Origin: Octopus sinensis
Taxonomy: Eukaryota
Assembly: GCF_006345805.1 (NCBI RefSeq)
Contig: NW_021823932.1
Span: 1 to 20,804, forward strand
Direction of reading: 5' to 3'
Length of the DNA stretch: 20,804 nt
In this document: piece after piece, positions 9,859 through 20,437 of the stretch
Layout of the letters: each line of letters opens with the position of its first letter
How positions within the stretch are numbered: position 1 is the stretch's first letter
Position numbers and translations under genes: made by a program
Notes under the pieces: model-generated
What the model saw: the letters and a program-made list of their open reading frames with translations, nothing else
The model's database searches: none
What the model was told of the DNA's origin: nothing

Positions 9859-10395
9859 TGCCCTAATGCAGTACCAGGCAGTGGCTCTCATGGCTTCTGA
9901 TCTTAACTGATTGGAAGTGTTATCATGTACATTGTTTTGTCTTGGTATAAAAGATGGGCTACGGCAAATATTCTGCTCAATAACACAAATTTGCTTGGCA
10001 GTTGTTTGACCGTAACCAGTTGACCATGTCCCTTGGTGGCTGACGATATGTGCATCTCTGATCACGAGCAGAAGTAGTAGGGGAGCATCATAGCCGTGTG
10101 TTGAAAGGAATTCTTGCAGGCTTGGATAATTCACCTCTGGAAACATGGATGTTTTGTCCAACATCCTTAAGCAGCCTTTATTCGGGGACCTTTTGAGTAG
10201 GATGGGCTACTCGACCTGAAGAAAATTCTAACTGAGCCCACCTGCACGGTCATGTGCTGTTTATCTTGATACGAGATCACCATGTGATGCATGTGTTTGG
10301 TGTACCCTTATCAGACAAATAGTCATGATGGGTATACAGAGCTTCGTATATTTTACCCCAGTGTCACTTTGAATGCATGCACTGCTCTCTCACTC
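9859..10395. mobile_element. Unclassified ~535-bp element between two (AAT)n arrays
   Basis: Non-repetitive block with sharp microsatellite borders. The minus strand ends in a stem-loop (tgcct...gggca) plus (ATT)n, like a LINE/SINE 3' end. Confidence 0.4.
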
Positions 10396-10457
<62 letters not shown>

Positions 10458-10570
10458 TGATGATGATGAGGAGGAGGAGGAGGAGGAGGAGGATAATAAT
10501 AATGATGATAATAATAATAATGATAATAATAATAATGATAAATGACTAAAACAACAACAACAATAACAAG
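10396..10570. repeat. (AAT)n/(GAT)n/(GAG)n microsatellite
   Basis: Direct reading. Confidence 0.95.
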
Positions 10571-10617
10571 AACGATAACATCAACAGTAATGAAGGAATT
10601 CTTTAAGGTCTTTATCG

Positions 10618-10735
10618 ACCGGCATGAAATAGCAGCCAAACCTCCCTCAAGTCACACGTATTTCTAGATTACCGCCATCTCACAATACAGGACGGTCACG
10701 GTTGAAACGTTTTAAGTTAATTATAGGTCTACTCA
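10618..10735 (+). mobile_element. Interspersed repeat family D fragment
   Basis: aaatagcagccaaacctccc...ggtcacggttgaaacg shared with 15505-15715 (aaatagcagccaaatctccc...ggtcacagctggaacg). Confidence 0.55.
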
Positions 10736-10777
10736 CTTTTTTTTCTGAACTGAGGACCACCACCTTCGCCCCCCCCC

Positions 10778-11075
10778 ATCATCATGAATAACATCACCAT
10801 CATCATCATCATCTATAACATGATGATGATGATGATCACCAGTCTTCGTCGCCGTCATGATCAACATTGTTGTTGTTGCAGTTGTAGTAGTAGTAGTAGT
10901 AGTAGTAGTTGTTGCTGTTGTTGTTGTTCTTCATCATCATCATCATCATCTTTCTCCTCACCTCCCACTCCTTCTCTATCCATCTCTTTCTCCTCTCCAT
11001 CCCCTTCTATCTCTATCCATCTCTATCTCCTCGCCTCTCTCCATTCTCTCTTCCCTCCCTCCCTTCTCTCCCCTA
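10778..11075. repeat. Mixed (ATC)/(GTA)/(GTT) microsatellite and CT-rich low-complexity tract
   Basis: Direct reading. Confidence 0.85.
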
Positions 11076-11084
11076 ACACAGACA

Positions 11085-12095
11085 CACCCGCATTTACACC
11101 CACTTCCAAGAACACACGTACGCGTACGGGCGTGCGAGCAGAAACACACACACACACACACATGCAGACATACGAAGACACACACATAAGTACAGACTCT
11201 GACAAACACACACAAAAAACATACACACAGATGGACACACACAAAAAGAAACATGCACATATACACATCCGCTCACACACACACGAAGTCACAAAGTACA
11301 AACACATACACACGCACCTACGAAGATACACACGCTTACACACTTACAAACACACACACATTCGAATACTCACATACGCACACAGACAAACATATACATA
11401 TGCATGAAGATATATTCACACACACATGCACACACAAACACACACACACAACAAGAAGATACATGCACACAGATGCGCACACACTCACACACACGTACAA
11501 AGGATATATGTATACACACGCAGACACACCACAGACACGTACACACACCATACACACGCACACACATACACGTACACATACACACACACATACACAGCAA
11601 GAAGATACGTGCACACAGATGCACGCACACCATACACACACGCTATATTTGCTTACACATGCACACACACCACACACACACACACCATACACACGCACAT
11701 ACACATACACGTACACACACATATACATACAAGCAAGAAGATACATTCACAGATGGACACACACACTCCCATACACGAACAAAAGATATATGCATACACA
11801 CGCACACACGCATACACGTACACACACCATACACACGCACACACATACACGTACACATACACACCACATACACAGCAAGAAGATACGTGCACACAGATGC
11901 ACGCACACCATACACACACGCTATATTTGCTTACACATGCACACACACCACACACACACACACCATACACACGCACATACACATACACGTACACACACAT
12001 ATACATACAAGCAAGAAGATACATTCACAGATGGACACACACTCCCATACACGAACAAAAGATATATGCATACACACGCACACACGCATACACGT

Positions 12096-12131
<36 letters not shown>

Positions 12132-12170
12132 GCAAGAAGATGCATGTACACACACACACTCAATATGAAA
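11085..12170. repeat. CA-rich minisatellite: ~140-bp monomers with a 278-bp higher-order duplication
   Basis: Anchor caagaagat at 11452, 11598, 11734, 11876, 12012, 12133; 11598 to 11876 and 11734 to 12012 are both 278 bp. Confidence 0.85.
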
Positions 12171-12549
12171 GAAGATATACTTAATCAAAATATGTTTCCT
12201 TTTCAGACAAAATAATTTTGTGTCCTTTTACCAATGTGAAATTACCGAATGTAGGAATGTAAGAATGCTCATTCATTTATTCTTACAAAGCAGGAATTGC
12301 TCATTACGAAAAACCAAGAGACACTCAGTCAACCATGTTGCTTTCGTCATAAACCTGTTTATTCGAGATCCGACGATTGAAATGTAAAGAAAGTCGGACG
12401 CGGTTGGGGAAGGGAGATTTTACATTTACAATAATGGAGTTTCTACCGTAATGTTATTTAAAATTAAAAAAATATATTTTCTTCTTGCTTCTTTTTTCTT
12501 TTAAAATTTTTACTGTCTATTTTTTAATAAGTATTAGCAATGGCAACAG

Positions 12550-12855
12550 CCACGACGACGACGGCGACTACGATAAGGTATGGCGATGGTGATGATGATG
12601 ATGATGATGATGATGATGGTGGTATGTTAGTGACCATGGTGATGTTGGTGGTGATGATGATGATAATGGTGATGATGACGACGACGACGATGATAAGGTA
12701 TGGCGATGGTGGTGGTGATGATGATGATGATGATGATGCTGATGATGATGATGGTATGTTGGTGACCATGGTGATGTTGGTGGTGGTGATGATGCTGATA
12801 ATGGTGATGATGACGACGACGACGATGATAAGGTATAGCGATGGTGGTGGTGATA

Positions 12856-12888
<33 letters not shown>

Positions 12889-13210
12889 GTATGTTGGTGA
12901 CCATGGTGATGTTGGTGGTGATGATGATGATAATGGTGATGATAACGACGACGACGATGATAAGGTATAGCGATGGTGGTGGTGATGATGATGATGATGA
13001 TGATGATGGTATGTTGGTGACCATGGTGACGTTGGTGGTGATGATGATGATAACGGTGATGACGACGACGACGACGATGATAATGATGATTGTGGTGATA
13101 CTGGTGGTGGTGATGATAGTGGTAATGATAGTCGTGATGGCGGTGGTTGTGATGATGATGATGAGGATGACAGTAATGGTGCAGATGACGATGGTGGTGA
13201 TGATAACGAT
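12550..13210. repeat. Trinucleotide-derived minisatellite, four 120-135-bp units, fading into (GAT/GGT)n
   Basis: Anchor gataaggtat at 12572, 12692, 12827, 12959. Confidence 0.9.
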
Positions 13211-14045
13211 GGCAAAAAAAAAAGAGGTCGACTATATTAACATTGTAATAAAGTTCCAACAAGGAAAAAGCCCTCAATAGGAATACAGTTATTTAGGTCC
13301 AATCAAGGAACTCTTCACATTCTGGAGTATCCTGATCCACCAAACGCAAGTATCCTCTGTCAGCTGCCATTTTTCTCTCCTTCAGACGCATGCACCGAGT
13401 AGGCCGTACACTCGCGTCATGTTTACCACTACCACCCACCTCTCTGCAAATTTCCCGTGGCGAAACACCTGACTCACCTCCCTCATTTGAGTCTCAGGTT
13501 CCACCCTACTATACAGGGAAGTTAAATTTGTCTAAAGTCGTAAGACACCTGCTGCTGTCCTGTTATTACCATTCGTGTTTTTATTTTTGTTTCTGTTTTT
13601 TTTTTGTATTTATTTTCGTGTGGCTTCGTCCGTTTTTCTGTCCTTGTTTCGTATACATTCGATCCTTTTTCCAAGAAATCTAATGCTCGCAGCTTAGTTT
13701 TTCATTGGGGCTGGCCGTTTCGGAGCAATATCAGGATTAATCAGCCGAAATTTGCTATGATGATCCGGTTCCTGACTGAAGATTAAAGGCTTCGAATGAC
13801 CCGTCCGTTTTTTGTGTTCGTCTCTTTGTGTATTTCACGTTCTTGTCCCTTTTTATATATAATTTTTATAGACACACCCTTGCTTAGGGCTGATCTGACA
13901 TAAGTTTTGACAAAGCCATTGGAAGAGGGTGTACAATACTTCAGGAAGTCTCTCTCTCTCCCTGCAGCTTTCCTTTGACCGAAAGGTCAAGCAGCTTTCC
14001 TCCCAAATTTGAAGATTTGGTGAGGATTTGGTTAAGTAAGTGCTT

Positions 14046-14460
14046 ACTCTTTTACTTGTTTCAGTTATTTGGCTGTGGCCATGCTGGAGCACCGCCTTTA
14101 GTTGAGCAAATCGACCCCAGGACTTATTCTTTGTAAACCTAGTACTTGTTCTATCGGTCTCTTTTGCCGAACCGCTAAGTTACGGGGACGTAAACAAACC
14201 AAAACCGGTTACGAAGCAGTGGTGGGAGATAAAGACAATAACACACACACACATCTACTATCTATCTATCTGTCTGTCTTCTTCGCCCTCTTTCTATACA
14301 AACACACATATACGCACACACATACGACGGGATTCTTTCAGTTTCCGCTTACCAAATCCATTCGCAAGGCTTTGGTCAGGCCGAGGCTATATTAGAATAC
14401 GCTTGCCCTACGTGGCAGACAGTGAGATTGAACCCAGGACCGTGTGGTTGGGGAACCGAT
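14046..14460 (-). mobile_element. SINE family A, nearly full length (5' end of head lost)
   Basis: Tail, internal microsatellite and body match the other A copies; head stops at gtggttggggaaccga. Confidence 0.88.
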
Positions 14461-14718
14461 TCAGTTGCAGAATTTGACATTGATATGACCCTTAAATATC
14501 CCGGTCAGATGCGTGCAGTTAGGGAATCTGGAAACCTCTAACCTCCATTGCTCTTCTCTAAAATATATAACTGAATTCACTAGTTTGGGTCTCTTGGACA
14601 AATACTGTTGGAAACCATTTGGTTCATGGTTGTGGTTCATGAAAACGTAATCCCTGTTGATGCCATCAACCATCTGGGTTTTTACGACATTGAAGAACAC
14701 TTTCCCTCTTCTAAATAT
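14461..14718 (-). CDS. Candidate coding exon, product unknown
   Basis: Frame open 14464-14772 in AT-rich unique DNA. Acceptor-like ctgctgatcttccAG before 14718. Peptide IFRRGKVFFNVVKTQMVDGINRDYVFMNHNHEPNGFQQYLSKRPKLVNSVIYFREEQWRLEVSRF...; no family recognised. Confidence 0.35.
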   Translation of the reverse strand: MFRRGKVFFNVVKTQMVDGINRDYVFMNHNHEPNGFQQYLSKRPKLVNSVIYFREEQWRLEVSRFPNCTHLTGIFKGHINVKFCN

Positions 14719-15129
14719 CTGGAAGATCAGCAGATGTAATGGAATCGGTTTGATTTGATTATTTGTAAAGTTTCACGCCCTCTGTATTTCCTTGGTATTA
14801 CTAAACGAAATATACTTTACCGAAAATTGTAGTGTAAAAGTGTTATATTTAGTCAGGAATGTGATTTGAACTTGCAGCTTTAAAAATTTGACATAACGCT
14901 AAAATTATGAATAAAATCTACATCGGTTAATATGACGGGCGTATCATTATAATCATCGGTAAACCGACAATAATGTAACTACTGTTACCTTGCTAAACAG
15001 AAATAAATAGCAATATATATGATCTATACGTCTATATGAGAGGACTCCTCATGTCGAATAGTGCAGTACTTGCGCTCTAACAATACATCCACCTTTTTGC
15101 TATTAATACTGTTTCCATCAAAAACATAA

Positions 15130-15495
15130 CGCGCGCACACACACGCACGTACACACACGTACACGCACACACACACATATTCACACGCACACACACACAT
15201 ATTCACACATGCACACACACATACGCACATGCAACACACACTACATAATAATTGTATGTAGGTATCAATCAACATCAAATAACAATTCTGTAGACACACA
15301 CACATTATTTGTACGTGTATATATATATATATATATGCATGTATGTATGTGTATATATGGGTGTATATATATATATATATTATATAATATATATATATAT
15401 ATATAACACACATATTATATATATAAAATATTACATATACATACATACATACATACTATACATATATATATATATATAATATATATATATATATC
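15130..15495. repeat. (CA)n/(TA)n microsatellites
   Basis: Direct reading. Confidence 0.9.
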
Positions 15496-15504
15496 AGTCG
15501 TTAC

Positions 15505-15715
15505 TAGACGGGAGAGAATCCCTATCTGGCGACTCGACACGCTAAAATAGCAGCCAAATCTCCCATAAAACCTCACACTACCGTCTTAAAAAAGGGAAAG
15601 CACATAAGATATTGTAGATCTAGAATATAGAAAAATTTGGAATGGTCACAGCTGGAACGCCTTTAATCTTAAGTTCGTTATCTCAAGATTGATCTTGGGC
15701 TAAACTGCAACAATA
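15505..15715 (+). mobile_element. Interspersed repeat family D
   Basis: Similar to 10618-10735. Confidence 0.55.
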
Positions 15716-15836
15716 CCAAGAAACAAGTATGATATTTTAAGCCAGTAACTAATTTGGCATGCCTGAAGACAAAAATATCAAATACTATATAGAGAATCTA
15801 TAAGAAATATTAAAAAATATATTTTAAAAAAATACA

Positions 15837-15997
15837 CGCAGGTATGGTTGTGTGGTAAGAAGTTTGCTTCTGAACCACATGGTTCTGGGTTCAGGTCCAC
15901 TGCGTGGCACCTAGCGCAAGTGCTTTCTATTATAGTACCTGAACCGACCAAAGCCTTGGGAGTGGATTTGGTAGAGTGAAACTGAAAGAAGCCCATC

Positions 15998-15998
<1 letters not shown>
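15837..15998 (+). mobile_element. SINE family A head/body only
   Basis: ggtatggttgtgtggtaagaagtttgc...gggttcaggtcc...gaagcccatcg, then (TA)n. Confidence 0.85.
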
Positions 15999-16038
<40 letters not shown>

Positions 16039-16039
<1 letters not shown>

Positions 16040-16206
16040 GGCAATATGGTAAGTAGCTTGCTTACCAACCACATGGTTCCGGGTTCAGTCCCACTGCGTG
16101 GCACCTTGGGCAAGTGTCTTCTACTATAACCTCAAGGCAACCTGAGCCTTGTGAGTGGATTTGGTAGAAGGGAAAGAACCCCTCGTTATATATATATTAT
16201 ATATAT

Positions 16207-16239
<33 letters not shown>

Positions 16240-16530
16240 GTTGTGTGGTGTGTGTGTGTGTGTGTGTGCTTGTGTGTGTGTTTGTGTGTATGTGTGTGCG
16301 TGTGTGTGAGCGTGTGTGTGGTCTGTGTTTGTCCCCCCACCATCGCTTGAAAGTCGATGTTGGTGTGTTTACGTCCCCCCAGCTTAGTGGTTCGGAAAAA
16401 GGGACTGATACCGATAAAATAAGAACTAGGCTTACAAAGAATAAGCCCTGAGGTCGGTTTGTTCGACTAAAGGCGGTGCTCCAGCATGGCCGCAGTCAAA
16501 TGACTGAAACAACAAATAAAAGCATAAAAG
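16039..16530 (+). mobile_element. SINE family A, nearly full length
   Basis: Head (ggttccgggttcagtcccactgcgtggcaccttgggcaagtg), internal (TA)n(TG)n, tail gcggtgctccagcatggccgcagtcaaatgactgaaac. Confidence 0.9.
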
Positions 16531-16657
16531 ATCGCAAGACGCAACGAAAATTTTAGAAAAATGAAAAAGAAATAAGTGGAAATTTTACCGGTGAGTGTGT
16601 TAAATTATAAGACACTACAAGAGAATGACCTCTCCCCAGACACAACAGAATAAAAGA

Positions 16658-16822
16658 ATATATTTGAAAATATGAAGCGAAATGGCTTTCCTGATAATTT
16701 TTCCACTTTAAAAGTTAGATGTTTATAAGTTTACAAGAGGTGTAAACTTTTAAACATCTAATTATTATTAAAGTGGAAAAATTATCCGAAAAGCCATTTC
16801 GATTCATATTTTTCGTATATAT
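16658..16822. other. Long near-perfect inverted repeat (foldback/MITE-like hairpin)
   Basis: Arms 16667-16735 and 16741-16812 are reverse-complementary at roughly 90% around a 5-nt loop (agagg). Confidence 0.9.
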
Positions 16823-16859
16823 AATACTGTACCAAATTACTTTCTCTTTCTTTTACTAC

Positions 16860-16870
16860 CACCACAACCA

Positions 16871-16906
<36 letters not shown>

Positions 16907-16932
16907 ACTACTACTACTACTACTACTACTAC
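16860..16932. repeat. (ACC)/(ACT)n microsatellite
   Basis: Direct reading. Confidence 0.9.
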
Positions 16933-17159
16933 ACGCAAACACACACATGTGTACAAGGTGTCTATTAATTACCTTTAGAATTTGAAAAAAATTCACACAC
17001 ATACAAAGAGAAAAAAAAAAAAAGAAAATAGGGCAAACTCTGCAGAGTTTATCGGAAAACAAATAAAGTCTTATTAAAAACATCAGAACATTTCTATGTG
17101 AGTTCCGTTATTTGCACGCAACACATCCAGACGTTGTAAAGATAATTTATGAACACCCT

Positions 17160-17467
17160 GTATGTGTGTATATAGATGTGTGAGTGTGTGTGTGTGTTAG
17201 TGTGTGTGCGTGTGTGAGTGTGTGTGTGAGTGTGTGTGAGTGTGTTAGTGTGTGTGTGTGTGTGTGAGTGTGTGTGTGAGTGTGTGTGCGTGTGAGTGTG
17301 TGTGTGAGTGTGTGTGTGTCAGTGTGTGTGCCCATTCGTGTCTGTGTGTTTAGGTATGTGACCTTGCGCTTGTTCTCCCACCGATTTACAACCTGTGTGG
17401 GTTTGTTTACGTCTCCGCAGCATTAGCGGTTCGGCAAGAGCGAACTGATGAAATAAGTGCCACACTT

Positions 17468-17504
<37 letters not shown>

Positions 17505-17620
17505 ATACACGGGGTGGGGCTGGGGATGGAGTGGCGCGATTCGCTCGACCAAACCCTTCAAGGCGATGCTCTAGCATGGCCGCAGTCCAATGACTGAAAC
17601 AAGCGTAAAAAGACAATAAA
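17160..17620 (+). mobile_element. 5'-truncated SINE family A: (TG)n plus tail with an expanded (AAAT)n
   Basis: ttagcggttcggcaagag...gcatggccgcagtccaatgactgaaacaag matches the A tail; no head visible. Confidence 0.8.
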
Positions 17621-18273
17621 AAGCAACAACAACAACAATAATAAATAAAAATGAAACCTTTTACTTTTGTTTTAATTATTATTATTTTTTTTCATTATTT
17701 TTGTTTTAAAGCTGGTTTCCTCAAATATTTGCTCTGACTTTTATCCATATTTACTGGGGCGGGTGGGAGGTGGAGGGGGAGGAGTACCCCCCCCCCCGCC
17801 TTACAATAGTTCAACCGTCTCTGCTTCCGCATCAATAACGAACTTGATATTCAAGATGGAATATACAACAAGGGGATCCTTTAAGTGCACTAATTGTTAG
17901 ATTAGTCGGTCATGCAACCTATAATTAGTAAATTAAGACCTCAATTAAATGTTTTGCTAATTTCAATGGTGGAACTATCGTAGACAGTTTTGTGTGAAAA
18001 AATTTATCGATGGTAGTTTTTTTTTTTTTGAATAATAATTATGAATTTGAAAAAAAAATAGTTTGATTTATTGTTGTTGTTAGTGATGTTGTTGTTGCTA
18101 TCGTTATTATTCAAGACGTGGTTTTCGTTGTTTTTGCTGTTGTTGTTTTTGTTGCCCTGCAACCCCGGTCAACCTTAATCGGACACACATAAAGCACACG
18201 GACAGTGGGTCGAACAATATGGTATGACCTAGAAATCGACAGTTTCCGATGCCTCTTGCTCCTATTTAGGCGT

Positions 18274-18365
18274 CGGCGTAGCTGTGTGGTTAAGAAGTTC
18301 ACTTTACAACCAAGCGGTTTCAGTTTCAATCCCACAGCGCGGCACCTTGAGCAAGTGTCTTCTAC
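18274..18365 (+). mobile_element. Diverged SINE A head
   Basis: ggcgtagctgtgtggttaagaag...ggcaccttgagcaagtgtcttcta. Confidence 0.7.
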
Positions 18366-18377
18366 ACAAAACGGATC

Positions 18378-18441
18378 TTGGTCCTGGAATCAAACTCACT
18401 ACCTCATAATTGTAAGCCCGATGCTCTAACTACAGAGCCAT
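18378..18441 (-). mobile_element. tRNA-like SINE head of another family
   Basis: Reverse complement TGGCTCTGTAGTTAGAGCATCGGGCTTACAATTATGAGGTAGTGAGTTTGATTCCAGG shows A/B-box spacing. Confidence 0.6.
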
Positions 18442-18489
18442 AAATACATATAAAGATAATGGAGGGACACACGCTGTAATTGTTATTTA

Positions 18490-18867
18490 ATTCTCGATCA
18501 AATTCTGATGGGATCGATGCAATAAATACCTATTTCCTTTACTACCCACAAGGGGCTAAACACAGAGAGGACATACAAGGACAGACAAACGGATTAAGCC
18601 GATTATATCGACCCCAGTGCGTAACTGGTACTTAATTTATCGACCTCGAAAGGATGAAAGGCAAAGTCGACCTCGGCGGAATTTGAACTCAGAACGCAAC
18701 GGCAGACGAAATACGGGTACGCATTTCGCCCGGCGTGCTAACGTTTCTGCCAGCTCGCCGGCTTAAATGCAATAAATACCATTTGAGTTCTGAAATCGAT
18801 GTAATCGACTAACGCCCACCATTAAAAAAAAATTCAGGCCTTGTGCCTTAAGCAGAGAGGATTATTT
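18490..18867 (+). mobile_element. Old SINE B2 copy interrupted by an antiparallel B1 copy
   Basis: Degenerate core ending gatcgatgcaataaatacc; after the insert, tcgatgtaatcgact...aaattcaggccttgtgcc...aggattatt, the B2 tail in + orientation. Confidence 0.6.
18531..18765 (-). mobile_element. SINE family B1 with 14-bp target-site duplication
   Basis: atgcaataaatacc at 18517-18530 and 18767-18780. Near-identical to 332-558. Confidence 0.9.
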
Positions 18868-19185
18868 AGCTCCAGATCCAGATTCAGATGTGACAGAGTA
18901 GACCAACAATCAAAAGCTTTCCGCTCGTGACTATCCCATCATATTTTCAGTTATACTGTATGGTATCAACTTTCACCTTTCTCTTTTTCAGACAGAAAAG
19001 CATGGTTTATGATCATGTCGCATATATATATTAATAAATAAAATAAAACATAACTTGTCTCTTCCTCTCTCTCATTCTTCACTATCTCTTCCTCTCCATT
19101 CTTCAAGGTTTCCTCGCAGCCATTCCCCTTCTTCTCTCCCTTTCTCTTGCTCCTCCCCCCCCTTCCCGTCGTTCACCCGCGATGT

Positions 19186-19229
19186 CACTTCCGCTGCTGT
19201 CTCTCTCGCCTGGCTCTCTCAAGGTAATG
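19186..19229 (+). promoter_or_regulatory. Possible promoter / non-coding first exon (ETS-type site and splice donor)
   Basis: CACTTCCG at 19186-19193 in a CpG-containing pyrimidine-rich island; donor-like AAG|GTAATG at 19223/19224. Confidence 0.25.
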
Positions 19230-20197
19230 GACGACATTCTTTTTGCTCCGCTAGTCGTCCATAACAAATTCTGCGTTCGCAATACTTTTTTTCGTTCGGC
19301 GTTAACAGCCCTTCTTATCTTGTTTTTCCTTGTCCTGTCTTTTACTTTTTACAATTTGTACTGTCGTTACTGTCCTGTTGTTACCATTTTTTACCCCTCT
19401 GCGAAAAGATCTCAGAATTTTAATTGATTTGCTTTTCGCAGGAAGGAAAATTTTCTTGTCGAAGATACGTCTCGCTTTTATCCTTCGAAACGTAGAGTAG
19501 ATGAAACCTTTAGCGACTGAAGAAGGGGTTTTTTCTTTGTGTTAATTGTCCTGTACTCTATTTTTTTGCTGTTTTTAAAAAAATGTCCAGTTCCTTTGGT
19601 TTGTGTCTATGTTTTCGTTTCTCATTGTGTTCGACGTCCTTTTGGTGTCCTGTACTCATATATGCGTGTATATGTACATGTAGAGGTAGGTACGTACATA
19701 TATGTTTATATATATGCATATGTTTTATTTTATTTATTATTTTATATATTAATATATTATATGATGAAACGCACGCACCCCCTTAAGTAAGATTGTTCTA
19801 TATATATATATATACCAACATACATACATATAAATAAGTAAATAAATAAACAAATATATATATATATACATACATAAAAATAAATAAATATATATATATA
19901 TATAAATATATAAATTTAAATAATAAGGGTAAGAAATTGATATAAATTTGATTAATACCAATTTAAACCAGTGGCCTAGCATATTGAAATAATCTGAAGA
20001 CTCACAAAAGTTACATCTCTTGAGAACAATTCTTTCTTAGTGGTCAGACCATATGGGGGTCTACATTGTATGTCACTTAGTGGTCATCCTCTTTATGTAT
20101 GTAATATATATATATATATATAGATTATATATTATATATGTATGTATGTATGTATTTATGTAGGTATGTATGTCTTGATGTTGTATGTATGTATGTA

Positions 20198-20437
20198 CAG
20201 GTTTGGCCAAAAGTCACCCGAGAGTAAATCCAAATGCCGTAAATACTTAATATTCAATTTTATTTAATCATTCTAATTATGAATGTTTAATAATTGAACG
20301 CTGTGACTTAAAAATTACCGTTCCTTTTTTCAGCATTTGTCTATTTATTAGCGAAATTTCATATAAAATAATTTTTTCCTTTTAATCTTGGAATTAAATG
20401 GTTCTGGTTTACTGTCAGGGGACTTTTGGGCAACCCA

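Noticed and set aside
9598-10164. 188-aa minus-strand ORF
   Set aside because: It crosses an (ATT)n tract and the antisense LINE 3' UTR; no recognisable domain.
13720-13800. Hammerhead-like ctgaaga...cgaa motif
   Set aside because: GAAT instead of GAAA and no pairable stem II; only a short tttcgg/ccgaaa inverted repeat nearby.
16557-16596. 34-nt micro-exon ending in a perfect CG|GTGAGT donor
   Set aside because: No real polypyrimidine tract at the acceptor; single 6-mer donor matches are expected by chance in 20 kb.
19460-19530. gaaacgta...ctgaagaagggg as a permuted hammerhead
   Set aside because: Stem I cannot be formed and stem III would be at most 2 bp.
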